IMG/VR virus record: IMGVR_UViG_3300022821_000011
Coordinates: 13,134-77,133 of that record
Length of the DNA stretch: 64,000 nt
From: a virus
Taxonomy: Duplodnaviria > Heunggongvirae > Uroviricota > Caudoviricetes
Strand: one strand, 5' to 3'
Shown piece by piece: positions 30,865-41,067 of the stretch. The position numbers were made by a program, and so were the translations under genes. The notes beneath the pieces were generated by a model. That model made no database searches. It saw only the letters and a list, made by a program, of their open reading frames with translations, and was not told the DNA's origin. Within the stretch, counting starts at the first letter, position 1, and every line of letters starts with the position of its first letter.

Positions 30865-31353
30865 TTAGAGGCTTGTCAATAGCGAAAACAACATATCTTC
30901 ATATGTTGAATAGATATAATAGCCAAAATGGTCGGCAGTTATTTTAATATTTCCATAACGAAAATAGTCTCTAGGGCAATTGATATAACTGCTCTTTCCA
31001 AGAGACATAACAAGTCCCAACTCTAAAAGAGTTATAGGTGAAATAGAATCTCTTTCAAAATTAAACACCACACGATTAGCTGAAATTATATGATTTAGCT
31101 CCCATGTTACTTGATCATTAAATGGAGAACCAGGAAGAGGATCATGCTCGAGATTTTCATTCCAATTTTTGACTCTTGGATTCAAAATATCAATTTCCAT
31201 ATCATCTTTAAAATTGGTTTTACACAAATCAGCTATAATTTCTGATTGCCAATCAAATGCTTTTACGTTTTCAATAGTTCCGGCCAAAAAAATAGATATC
31301 GCATTATGGCGAATACCTTGATCGGTTTCTGGTGTTATTACTTTAATTTTCAT
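30865..31353 (-). CDS. Hypothetical protein; possibly nucleoside 2-deoxyribosyltransferase-like
   Basis: SIFLAGTIE motif only; the call is weak. Confidence 0.25.
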   Translation of the reverse strand: MKIKVITPETDQGIRHNAISIFLAGTIENVKAFDWQSEIIADLCKTNFKDDMEIDILNPRVKNWNENLEHDPLPGSPFNDQVTWELNHIISANRVVFNFERDSISPITLLELGLVMSLGKSSYINCPRDYFRYGNIKITADHFGYYIYSTYEDMLFSLLTSL

Positions 31354-31558
31354 TATATATTCATTCCTTCAGTACCAAACCCATCATTAGATTCAATATC
31401 AATCAATGCATCTAATAATCCATCTTCAATTAAATAATCTATTAGTTCAGGATCAGAGTCGACAAGCTTTTTCAAATTATCTAAAATTAATTTAAACTTA
31501 TCGACTCTTGCTTCTTGTGTGAAGAATGAATACTGTTCTTTGTATTCATAAATATTCA

Positions 31559-32425
31559 TTACTTATTAACATCCAAGAATGGAACCGTTCCACCAGGAAG
31601 AACAGTAACCGGAGTCACTCCATTCCAACGTTCGGCTTTTGTCAATTCAACGATCATTGGATTTTGACTAATAGCCTTACCTTTAGCATCAATAGCAGAA
31701 GCTTCTGCAACACCACGAAGTCTAATAGCATCTGCTTCAGCAGTAGCTTTAGCGACCACGGCCTTAGCTTCAGCATCAGCTTTAATCACAGTAATTTCAG
31801 CTTCAATTTTCTGTCGTTCGGCAGTTTGACGAACACGCTCAACTTCAACCTCTTCCTTCATCCGAGATTCGATTGAAAGCTCATATGCATCTGAAAAATC
31901 AATATTTTCAATTTGCACAGATACTACTTCAACAGGACCTTTGATAATATCAGCTGTTCGCTCTGTGATCTTAATGGCCATTTGCTCTCTATTCTGAACT
32001 GCAGAAACAGCAGTATATTGACCAAACACGACTTTAATAATTTCAGGCAGCTTTCGATCAAGCAATCGAGCGACCATATTATCTTCAGTCTGGAATTGCC
32101 TATAAAGCATTTCAACTTTATCAGCGGGAATTTTATAAGTCACCGATACTTGAAGATTAGCTGGTTGCTGATCTCTAGAATATGCCGGCATGGTTTCCCA
32201 AAGCCTGGCTTTTGTTTGTAGTGAAATAACATTCACATCTTCAATCCATGGAGTTTTAAATCCAAGACCTGGATTAGCAATCGATTGAAAAGCTCCATTT
32301 CGAAGAACTACTCCACGTTCTGTTTCATCAATAGTGTACCACGAACCAAAAGTTACTGTCACTACCGCCATAAAAACAGCCAACCCAAAAACGGCCGACA
32401 TTACAGATTTAATACTATTCATCAT
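31559..32425 (-). CDS. SPFH/band-7 (prohibitin/HflC-like) membrane protein
   Basis: N-terminal transmembrane segment plus an SPFH core, then a charged Ala/Glu-rich helical C-terminus. Confidence 0.75.
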   Translation of the reverse strand: MMNSIKSVMSAVFGLAVFMAVVTVTFGSWYTIDETERGVVLRNGAFQSIANPGLGFKTPWIEDVNVISLQTKARLWETMPAYSRDQQPANLQVSVTYKIPADKVEMLYRQFQTEDNMVARLLDRKLPEIIKVVFGQYTAVSAVQNREQMAIKITERTADIIKGPVEVVSVQIENIDFSDAYELSIESRMKEEVEVERVRQTAERQKIEAEITVIKADAEAKAVVAKATAEADAIRLRGVAEASAIDAKGKAISQNPMIVELTKAERWNGVTPVTVLPGGTVPFLDVNK

Positions 32426-32569
32426 TTTTTTCCTTGTTATTTACATCATTTTTAATTTCAATATTATCCCATAACCACTTTAACCCAAGATAAAATAATC
32501 CTGCAGCCACAAGCAATCCAATAAGTAAAAAGGTTTTCATTTTATATCCTATATCATTTGATAATTAGT

Positions 32570-32598
32570 ATTATATAAGGTGCATTAACAAATGTCAA
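32570..32598 (-). promoter_or_regulatory. Perfect sigma70 promoter TTGACA-17-TATAAT
   Basis: Plus-strand tgtcaa at 32593-32598. Confidence 0.6.
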
Positions 32599-32601
32599 CC
32601 T

Positions 32602-33360
32602 TTATTTTGCAGTAAGTGCATCCCACGAAACAGGAAACAGTTCACTAATAATTTTTCCAACATCTTCAGCTAACCACTGAGATTCTTTTTGAGCATGAGA
32701 ATCAATTCTTTGATTATAATATCTGGCATAAGAGGCAAGATTGCCGGTCCATATCCAATTGACTTCCACTCCCTGAGGAAGAACAAATCTAGCTTGCTCT
32801 GGACAAATTCTATCATCGATCATTTCGATATAAAGGTCAATTGCTGATTTGCACGATGAGATATAACGATCAATGAACCTTGATGAATTTTTATGTTTTT
32901 CACCAGATCCTTGCTTCTTATCTCCAATTGGAGCTGATCGTAAATATTCGGGGATATATAATTGTGGTATGGACCTAATGTACCGCCTAGATTCTTCACT
33001 TTCTGTAAATCCTTGTTTGTGCTTAAAACACTGTGTTCTAATTGGAACAGGAGCTTTCATTCTAAGAGTAATAGCAGTATGAGTAAAAGGTACCCAATGT
33101 TTTGCCATATGTGTTAGAGAATTTAAAGCATGTTCTATTTTAATAGAATCATATTCATTAATTATTTCAGAAATTAATGAAGACCATTCTTTTTTAGTAC
33201 ATCCTCTTCCAAGAAAATCAATGAGCCTTTTATCTGCATCTTTGAGTTTTTTTGCTTCATCTGAAACTACTTCCCATGTTGAAACATTAGCGAAAGAAAC
33301 TCTTGCTGCATTTACGACAGACAAATCCGTTCCCATATGATCTACATATTCTGCTTTCAT
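32602..33360 (-). CDS. thyX: ThyX-like flavin-dependent thymidylate synthase (diverged signature KHKx7SxxSRRY in place of RHRx7S)
   Basis: FTHTAITLRMKAPVPIRTQCFKHKQGFTESEESRRY aligns with the ThyX RHR...SQQSQRY core. Confidence 0.55.
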   Translation of the reverse strand: MKAEYVDHMGTDLSVVNAARVSFANVSTWEVVSDEAKKLKDADKRLIDFLGRGCTKKEWSSLISEIINEYDSIKIEHALNSLTHMAKHWVPFTHTAITLRMKAPVPIRTQCFKHKQGFTESEESRRYIRSIPQLYIPEYLRSAPIGDKKQGSGEKHKNSSRFIDRYISSCKSAIDLYIEMIDDRICPEQARFVLPQGVEVNWIWTGNLASYARYYNQRIDSHAQKESQWLAEDVGKIISELFPVSWDALTAK

Positions 33361-33966
33361 TTTAATGCTACCCTTACAAGAGCTACTCTATTTAAATTAG
33401 AATAAGCCATATCATTTGCTCTATCTCGTGTTTCATAAAAACACGGATTTGATTGCAATTTAAATTTTTTGATTTTTTCTTTTTTCCAATTAGGTAATCC
33501 TTTTGGATTATAAACATTAATCCAAGCAGATTTTGGAACAGTATTACTCATTTCACCTATTTCAATCATCATCGTTTACCACTTATTATATTAGCATAAT
33601 ATTTTATTAATTCATTTTGTTTGTTTATATCTTGTGTAGAAACAGCATGATACCACCTAGAATCTTTCGATAAAAGAAACATTAATCTTAACAACCAAAA
33701 ACAAAACGACATACAATATACAAAAAATAATGAAGAAAATAATATAATAAAAAAATCAATCATTTAAATTTGGCTCTGTATCACATGGGATATCGTTGTA
33801 TCTATCGACTTTTGGTGTTTCTGGAGCTTCTGTCCATAAAGTATATGCATACTCTGGATGATTAATATAATCCTTCTTAGGAAAATCATAAATCATATCT
33901 TTTGTATCTTCTCTCCACATAAGAATCTTACGATCTGGAGCAGATTTTATATCTTGCCATATAACT

Positions 33967-34458
33967 TTATATGACATTTTTAACCCACTCTCTTGGATAA
34001 TCTGTTACAATAGCTCCAATTGAATCTCTATATTTTTTCTTATCAACTCCACATAAATGTTGCCGATCATAATAACCATGTTCTTCTGGATGAAGCATTA
34101 TAGTAAGATAGTCATATTGCGCAGAATCGCCCTCGTTCATAATAGTCCAACCTCTAGAAGAAATAGAATATGAATCATTTACCATACAATAATAATGTAA
34201 GTCTCTGCTTCTCATAAGCTTAATAGCATCAAAATTATCAGCTCTTATTAAAAGCTGATATTTATATTGCTGAAGAAAATCAAAAGAAAACTTTCTTGTT
34301 TGATGATTTGGATTTTTACCATAAAGAATTCCATCGACAGCATATACATCTATAGCAACATAAAATTTCTCGGATAAAGCTTCTTTAACTCTAGAAGGAT
34401 CGTTTTCCCATTCTAGATCTTTTCCATTTAAGTTTCCGCGATGTGAATATATTTTCAT
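33967..34458 (-). CDS. Hypothetical protein; possibly a glycerophosphodiester phosphodiesterase-like fold (HRG motif near the N-terminus)
   Basis: MKIYSHRGNLNG. Confidence 0.25.
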   Translation of the reverse strand: MKIYSHRGNLNGKDLEWENDPSRVKEALSEKFYVAIDVYAVDGILYGKNPNHQTRKFSFDFLQQYKYQLLIRADNFDAIKLMRSRDLHYYCMVNDSYSISSRGWTIMNEGDSAQYDYLTIMLHPEEHGYYDRQHLCGVDKKKYRDSIGAIVTDYPREWVKNVI

Positions 34459-34587
34459 ATGGAGTCCTATAATTTATAAATGAAACAGCCGATTTATAAT
34501 TTAGAATTAAAGGTATTTTAACCGACGCTATAGTCCGTAGACAAAGGTTGCGATGGTGTACCAGTCCTGCTCGGCTGTTCCAATTTT

Positions 34588-34661
34588 TGGAGCGGGTGAA
34601 GGGAATCGAACCCTCATCAACAGTTTGGAAAACTGTGGCTCTGCCATTGAGCTACACCAGC
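34588..34661 (-). tRNA. tRNA-Gly (UCC)
   Basis: D-arm TAGCTCAATGGCAGAGC, anticodon stem ACAGT/ACTGT, loop TTTCCAA, CCA encoded. Confidence 0.8.
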
Positions 34662-35794
34662 TTGAATTATATAATATACTATATTTTCGGAATTGTAAAC
34701 ATATCTTTTTCGTCTATAATTTGAACGTGCAAAGTTCCATGTCCTTCATTTCCAAAATATAATTTTCTTAATTCGCCAGATTCAATATCTAGAACTGCTT
34801 TGATTTGAGTTCCAATGATTTTAATTTTATTATCTTCATATTTTAAGATAATATTTTCTGATTTATTAATATTTGCCATTTATGATTCCTCTATTAAGTT
34901 TTGATAATAGGTCATTTCATCTTTCAAATGAAGTCTTTGTATTTTCATTTTTTTCAATTCTTCGTCTTTAAAAGAATTATAAAAATTTTGTATTTTTAAA
35001 TCAATAGATTTATGCTTTTCTTTAAGATAATCATAATATACTACCAGATATTTATAATTCTCTGGAGTGTTCTTACCAATTTTTTCGTTATCTTTTTTCA
35101 ACATATTTTTTATCTCCTTATTTAAATGGATCATATTCTTCTATATAGTCTACAAAGTCTTCTTCGAAAAATTCACCTCCTATTACTGTTTTGTGTTGAT
35201 TAATATTAGTTGATAAATTTGGAGATATAACATTGTGCTTCTCCAAACTATTTTGTAGCAATTGAGGTTCTTGCTTTTTCCAAAACCTAACCATTCCAAT
35301 TGATTGTTTTAATCTTAGACTTAGACTGTGTTTTTTTCCTTCAAATCTAGATCCAAAATCCACATTATCATATACACCAGCTTCCCAATTTTTCTTTACT
35401 GTTTTTTTTCTTTTTAATTTGGCTTCTGGAGTATGAGCAGCTTTTGCAAGTTTTTTTCTGCAATGCTTCTCATATATATCTTTATTTCTTTTTTTTAATT
35501 TGGCATAATTATCACTGCCATCTGGATTCTTACTACAATATAAATGGTGTTGTTTCTTATCAACTTTTTGTTCACACCATTTGCAATAATATTCATTAGT
35601 CATTATAATACATTTCTAATTGTCTGTATACAAAATAGGAGAAGAAATACGTATTTCTTCTCCATCTTATTTGTATTAGCTAAACAATCCTGAAGCCCAT
35701 GCCCAGAATGTTTCAGCCCAAGCTGGGCGCTTTAGGACAAACCATCCTAAAAACAATCCAACCATAAAAACTATTGATAGTGTTACTAATTCCA

Positions 35795-36805
35795 TTACCT
35801 GTCACTCCCTTGTTTACGTGTTCTTACACCTTTATTTATCTGTGCTAATGAAACAGATTTTTGTCCCTGGGCACCTTTATAATTTGATTTATAACCAGAA
35901 TTCTGTTTCTTTGCTACTTTTTTAACCTGTTTAGTTGTATTAGAAGTAGATCTACTTGGCATAATATTAGTAGGTCTAGATGCTCTAGAAGTAGCTGCTT
36001 TAACATCATTTGTAGATGGAGCTGCATAATTATCTGGAGTAGGACTATTTGATACTGGTACTGCTGCTGCTGTTGGAGCAGGTGATCTAGAACGATTTGG
36101 CGTTCTATCTCTTCCAATATTAGCTACTCTAGATGCCTTTTCGCGGGCCACGCGTTTAGCTACTTCTGTATTAGATAATGTTCTTGCAGCATTATCTCTA
36201 ATTTTTTGATCTGTTCCATTATCAACACCGGGATGCTGATCTCCAGGTGGGGCATTTCCAGCTATACCTCTTGGTGGAGCTTGCATACGCCTACTTTGTA
36301 ATCCTGGCCTTGGTGTAGTTGCTGGTGGAACTGCTGTAGGAGCTCTAACTGTCTTTTGAAGACCATCATTACTAGCATCTGGTCCTTGCTTACCTGGCAT
36401 ACCAGAAAATGGTGGTTTGCCGTTAGTTGCAGGTGCTCCTGACGAAGTAACACGCGAATTTGTTTTGGTTGAAACCGGCCCTCTTACAGGAACAGCAACT
36501 CTATTTTGGCCAGCTACATTTCGAGCATCTGATGCAGTTGTATTATTATTATCTTTTATAGCTTTATCAACAGCATCTCTAGTTGAAGTAGCTGGTTTAA
36601 CTGGTTTTGTTTTAATTGGGTCACGATTTAATGGTGATGTTTTACTATTAGTGCCTGAAACTTCAGCTTTCTTAGCTCCATTTAATTTTTTCATAATATT
36701 AGAAAAAATATTACTAATTAAATCATTTGCACCCTGTTCTTTAAGATACTTTGGGCTAGACATCAAAGTTTTTAATATCTTTTTAGAATAATCTTCTTTA
36801 GTCAT
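35795..36805 (-). CDS. Low-complexity Ser/Thr/Pro/Ala/Asn-rich protein
   Basis: Compositional bias only. Confidence 0.4.
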   Translation of the reverse strand: MTKEDYSKKILKTLMSSPKYLKEQGANDLISNIFSNIMKKLNGAKKAEVSGTNSKTSPLNRDPIKTKPVKPATSTRDAVDKAIKDNNNTTASDARNVAGQNRVAVPVRGPVSTKTNSRVTSSGAPATNGKPPFSGMPGKQGPDASNDGLQKTVRAPTAVPPATTPRPGLQSRRMQAPPRGIAGNAPPGDQHPGVDNGTDQKIRDNAARTLSNTEVAKRVAREKASRVANIGRDRTPNRSRSPAPTAAAVPVSNSPTPDNYAAPSTNDVKAATSRASRPTNIMPSRSTSNTTKQVKKVAKKQNSGYKSNYKGAQGQKSVSLAQINKGVRTRKQGSDR

Positions 36806-36964
36806 TGTAATATGTCTCCAACATTCTTCTGATGCATTCTTCTATTGATTGCTCTATGGCAGGTATTCCAAGCTGTCTAAAATGTTCTATTGCTTCATCA
36901 GTCAACTCAAGAGTTCCAGTTTTTTCGTTATCTTCACCTTTATCAAATATTATAGTTATATGCA

Positions 36965-38047
36965 TTATGTATTATCTTTCGGTGCTTTCATAGATGAAAA
37001 TTTCTTTATTTTCTTTTTGGCTTTATCTTCGCCAGATGTTTCATCACTTTTAGATTTATCAGCAAAAGCATCATAAGCCTGTGGTTTTTGTTGTTCTGGC
37101 TGAGTATTTTCCGGCTTAGGTTGTGAATCAGCAGTTGTTTGTTTATCTTTTGTTAGACCACGACCGAATCTGAATCTTGGTTTAAATGTTCTATTATCAT
37201 TACTCTTTACTGCCTTTTTTTCATATTCACGACCGACAAGGTCACGAACTGTTCTTTGTCCAGTTCTCCAATTATCGTGTCTAACTCTAAGATTAAACTT
37301 ATGTGGCCCAGTTTCTCTTCCATTTTCATCTTTTCTTCTAAGAAAACCTGCCTGCAATGAAAAAGTTCCGGTGCTTCCAAGACTATGAGTTAACAAATCT
37401 ACATGACCTACTGTTCCCAAAGCTTTTTTAATACCACCAGCCGCTTTATCTGTATATTCTCTATCTTTATCAACAACAGTACCAGCATGTCTAGCAATAT
37501 GGCCTGCAATTTTAGAAAGACCTCCTACTAAAGCTTTACCGGCTGCTCCAACTGCAGCCTCATCCATTTGAATTAAATCAGACTCAGACTCAACTTCTTC
37601 TTTTTTCATCTTATCATCATATTTCATATGTTTTAAATGAGCGCCAAGTGTATTAGAAACCCCTGCATCAATATTAGTTTTTCCATCTTTATGATGGAAA
37701 TGATAAAAATGCTTCCCATCATTATCAATATAATATTCATGATTAGCTCTACCTTTAGCTGGATGAGACAATACCGTATATTCATCAGTAGTTTTATCAT
37801 CAACACCATGCTTCTCATGCCATCCACGATTTTTTAATCTATTAATCATATGATGAGCAGCAGAATTATCAGGACCGGGTTTACTTTCTTCTAATTTCTT
37901 ATAATTAGATTTTCCAGTGCTGTCTCTTATATTCTTAACTTCTTTAGCAGCTTCAACCGAAGTTTTTGACACTCGAGTTGATTGAAAAGGCGAAACATAA
38001 TCCTGTTGATTATCTAAAAATTTTGAATATTTATCCATGCCACTCAT
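36965..38047 (-). CDS. Hypothetical 360-aa protein with a T4-type late promoter, likely a late gene
   Basis: TATAAATA (plus-strand tatttata at 38076-38083) lies 28 nt upstream of the ATG. Confidence 0.45.
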   Translation of the reverse strand: MSGMDKYSKFLDNQQDYVSPFQSTRVSKTSVEAAKEVKNIRDSTGKSNYKKLEESKPGPDNSAAHHMINRLKNRGWHEKHGVDDKTTDEYTVLSHPAKGRANHEYYIDNDGKHFYHFHHKDGKTNIDAGVSNTLGAHLKHMKYDDKMKKEEVESESDLIQMDEAAVGAAGKALVGGLSKIAGHIARHAGTVVDKDREYTDKAAGGIKKALGTVGHVDLLTHSLGSTGTFSLQAGFLRRKDENGRETGPHKFNLRVRHDNWRTGQRTVRDLVGREYEKKAVKSNDNRTFKPRFRFGRGLTKDKQTTADSQPKPENTQPEQQKPQAYDAFADKSKSDETSGEDKAKKKIKKFSSMKAPKDNT

Positions 38048-38078
38048 TGAAAGAATCCTTTATAATGTTTTCTTTTAT

Positions 38079-39458
38079 TTATACAAGAACATCATTAAAC
38101 TTCTCTTTATCAAATTTTTGACCAAATTCTGTATCATCAAAAACAGGGCCATCCATAATATCTTGAGCTGAACCCTCAACATCATAAAGTCTCATCTTTG
38201 GCCTGTCTACACCAATCACAAATCTTCTATACATTGTAGGATCTGCATATCTATTTTTAAGTTGTTTTACAATAATTTGATTCATTTCTTGTAATTCTTC
38301 TGTTGAAATCAAAGCAAACATCAAATCAGCTGTTGCTGGTAAACCAAAACTTTCTGATGTGTCAGTAAGATCAATATCAGATGAGTTATATCCACCTCTA
38401 GTAGTTTGAGTTGCTGTTACTACTGGCACATTACATTCAACAGCGAGCCCTCTTAATTCTTCAGCAATAGCTTTTACATATGTATATGAATTAGCATTAG
38501 AGCCTTGTTTAATCCTTGATGAAATACATATATTCAAATAATCAATATAGATAATATCTGGTATAAAATTTCTTTTTGATTTCAACTCATTCAAAAGAGC
38601 TCTAAAATGAGCTGCTCCGGCAGAAGCAGTTGGATATTCTTCAATTATTAGTCTACCTATAGACTTTTCTTTTATTTTATCAATTCTTTTTTGATAAATA
38701 GATTTTGGTATTGTTTCAAAATCAGTAATAGGAATATCTAAAAGATTGGCGTCAATTCTTTCACCAATCTTTTCTTCTGACATTTCTAAAGTAATATAAA
38801 GAACATTTTTTCCCTGAATAAAATTTGCTGCTGCGCAATGACACATAAACAAACTTTTGCCAACCCCAGTTCCTGCCAAAATAACATTAAGAGATTTTCT
38901 TGATAAACCACCTCTTGTTATTTTATTAAAATAATCTAAATCAAAAGGAACTTTTTCTTCTTTTCTATGATAAAAATCAAATCTATCATCAGAATCTTCA
39001 ATATAATCATGCCCAATAGAATTATTGAACGATACGCCAAGTGCATCTGATAAAAGTTGAGGAATTGCTCCTTTTAATAGACCATCTTTTTTCTCTTTTT
39101 CATCAATAATAGAAATAGAATTCATAATAGCATTATACAATGCTTTTTCTTGACAAAAATTCTCAGTAGTATCAAGAAGCCATTGAGAATCATTTTCACT
39201 CTCGCTTGGTTTAAAATGTTCTAATTCTTCTACGATTTCATAATAAAGATTTTCTGGCAGCCCTTCTTTTCCAGATATATCAACTTTTAATGCTTCAATA
39301 GAAGGTGGTTGATTATATTTTCCAATATAAGAATTTAATATATGAAAAATTGCTTTATATTTTCTATCAGAAAAATATTCATCTTTTAAATGCGGTATTA
39401 CTTTTCTAGAATAATCTTTATTAAAGATTAAATTTGATAGTATTGTTCTTTCTAACAC
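38079..39458 (-). CDS. gp41: Replicative DNA helicase, T4 gp41-like (DnaB family)
   Basis: Walker A ILAGTGVGKS; DnaB C-terminal domain motifs. Confidence 0.8.
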   Translation of the reverse strand: MLERTILSNLIFNKDYSRKVIPHLKDEYFSDRKYKAIFHILNSYIGKYNQPPSIEALKVDISGKEGLPENLYYEIVEELEHFKPSESENDSQWLLDTTENFCQEKALYNAIMNSISIIDEKEKKDGLLKGAIPQLLSDALGVSFNNSIGHDYIEDSDDRFDFYHRKEEKVPFDLDYFNKITRGGLSRKSLNVILAGTGVGKSLFMCHCAAANFIQGKNVLYITLEMSEEKIGERIDANLLDIPITDFETIPKSIYQKRIDKIKEKSIGRLIIEEYPTASAGAAHFRALLNELKSKRNFIPDIIYIDYLNICISSRIKQGSNANSYTYVKAIAEELRGLAVECNVPVVTATQTTRGGYNSSDIDLTDTSESFGLPATADLMFALISTEELQEMNQIIVKQLKNRYADPTMYRRFVIGVDRPKMRLYDVEGSAQDIMDGPVFDDTEFGQKFDKEKFNDVLV

Positions 39459-39662
39459 TCATTTTCACTTTCCATAGCTTTAGCATACTTTCTAATATAC
39501 CTCATAAACAAAATAGCTTTATCTTTTGCATTAAATGTTGCATTTCCTATATCAGAAATCGGTACAGGAAAGATAAAACCCTTTTCTGTATTATACCACA
39601 ATTCACCATCTCTGTAATATAAAAATGTAACTACTTGATCATTATTTACATGATCTTTTATA

Positions 39663-40223
39663 TTAATCTTCTTCATTTTCCAACTCATCTTCTATTACTT
39701 CTTCATCATTAGACATTATATTACCAGTTCCAATCGCATACTTATTGTAAATATGTTCTTTGAAATCTGTATTTTCAAATAGATTCTTCCAAAATCTAAA
39801 GTTTGTTTTAATATCTTTTTCTAACATAGGTTCACCGATTAACTCTCCAGTATTTTTATTTACTGCTTGAAGACCATTAGATCTACTAATCTTTACTTTT
39901 GTTAAATATCCACCATCTACAGCTGTTTCTGATAATCCAGAATATTTACTAATGCCACCATCAAAATTGACGGTAATAGGAATTTTTGATTTTTCTTTTA
40001 CAAATCTAGATTTTTCAACGTTAATTATGAAATTGTACCCAGCCAGAGCTTTATCAGAATCCTTTTCTTGTTGTCTACCTATGATCCATACAGTATCAGC
40101 AGAATACATCACTCCAGTATTATGAGTAATGGCTCCATTTTCTAAAGCATAGTGTTGTACATCTTCTACAGATATATCATATACATTTTTGTTTCCCACA
40201 CTTTTAACACTTTTAATTTTCAT
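39663..40223 (-). CDS. uvsX: Split-intein C-terminal half (about 35 aa ending ...VQHYALENGAITHN) fused to the UvsX C-extein (TGVMYSADTVWIIG...)
   Basis: Intein block G (HN) followed by a +1 Thr. The C-extein aligns with T4 UvsX from TGPMYSADTV onward. Confidence 0.75.
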   Translation of the reverse strand: MKIKSVKSVGNKNVYDISVEDVQHYALENGAITHNTGVMYSADTVWIIGRQQEKDSDKALAGYNFIINVEKSRFVKEKSKIPITVNFDGGISKYSGLSETAVDGGYLTKVKISRSNGLQAVNKNTGELIGEPMLEKDIKTNFRFWKNLFENTDFKEHIYNKYAIGTGNIMSNDEEVIEDELENEED

Positions 40224-41067
40224 TCTTTTTACACCTTTCGTTGTGCCATCTTTTTATATTTCCAACAGTACTTTCTATTCCACAAATAAAACAGACTTCT
40301 CTTTTTTGTTTAATAGAAGAAGGATTTTTCCAAACAGACAAATCATATTTCTCTATATCTTTAATTTTTATTCTAATGCATCTTCCATCTTGTATGTTTT
40401 TTAACATAAGAAAACCTTTTCTTCCTATCTTTTTTTTATGTTCTTCTGATTTAGGAATGCCCATTCTATCTAAACTCATTTTTAATTTTACTTCTTTGGA
40501 ACGAACGCTTCCTAAATTTTTATTAGATATGAGTTTTTTTGTTTTTTTAGAATGTTTTTTTCCATAAAATGGATTTTTTTCTCCTGATATATTATTAGAT
40601 ATAGATGCTTTATGTTCTTCACTCAGCTTCCTGCCTTTTGTCACACCTACCCACTCATTATTTAAAACTCTAGGATGATCTCTTGGAAGTCTTGCAATTT
40701 TTCCAGTCTCTAGATTTTTATATGTAGCATAATTTGAATCTAAATAATTACTAATAGTCGCAATCGATTTATTAAAATATTCAGGTGATGCGACAACACC
40801 ATAAAAAATGTGAAGTTCTTTTTCCTTTTCTAAACACTTTTCGTATGAATCAAAACTTTCTAAAATTTCTATTTCATAATCACAGTATTCAACTATATTT
40901 TTGTATTCTGGATCACAAGAGGATCCAAAATATTCGTTGTTTCTAGAATCATAAATTTTATTATTTCTAATAATACAATTAGATTTGCTTCCAATATACC
41001 TGTTTGGAAATCTATTTCTATCAATTTTAATTAAATAGACTATATTGCTATATCTGCTGTGTAACAT
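40213..41067 (-). CDS. Free-standing GIY-YIG homing endonuclease with NUMOD3-like repeats, inserted between the two uvsX split-intein halves
   Basis: VYLIKIDRNRFPNRYIGSKSN...YFGSS GIY-YIG core; repeated SEEHKxxIS NUMOD-like motifs. It is in a different frame from both uvsX pieces. Confidence 0.7.
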   Translation of the reverse strand: MLHSRYSNIVYLIKIDRNRFPNRYIGSKSNCIIRNNKIYDSRNNEYFGSSCDPEYKNIVEYCDYEIEILESFDSYEKCLEKEKELHIFYGVVASPEYFNKSIATISNYLDSNYATYKNLETGKIARLPRDHPRVLNNEWVGVTKGRKLSEEHKASISNNISGEKNPFYGKKHSKKTKKLISNKNLGSVRSKEVKLKMSLDRMGIPKSEEHKKKIGRKGFLMLKNIQDGRCIRIKIKDIEKYDLSVWKNPSSIKQKREVCFICGIESTVGNIKRWHNERCKKNEN

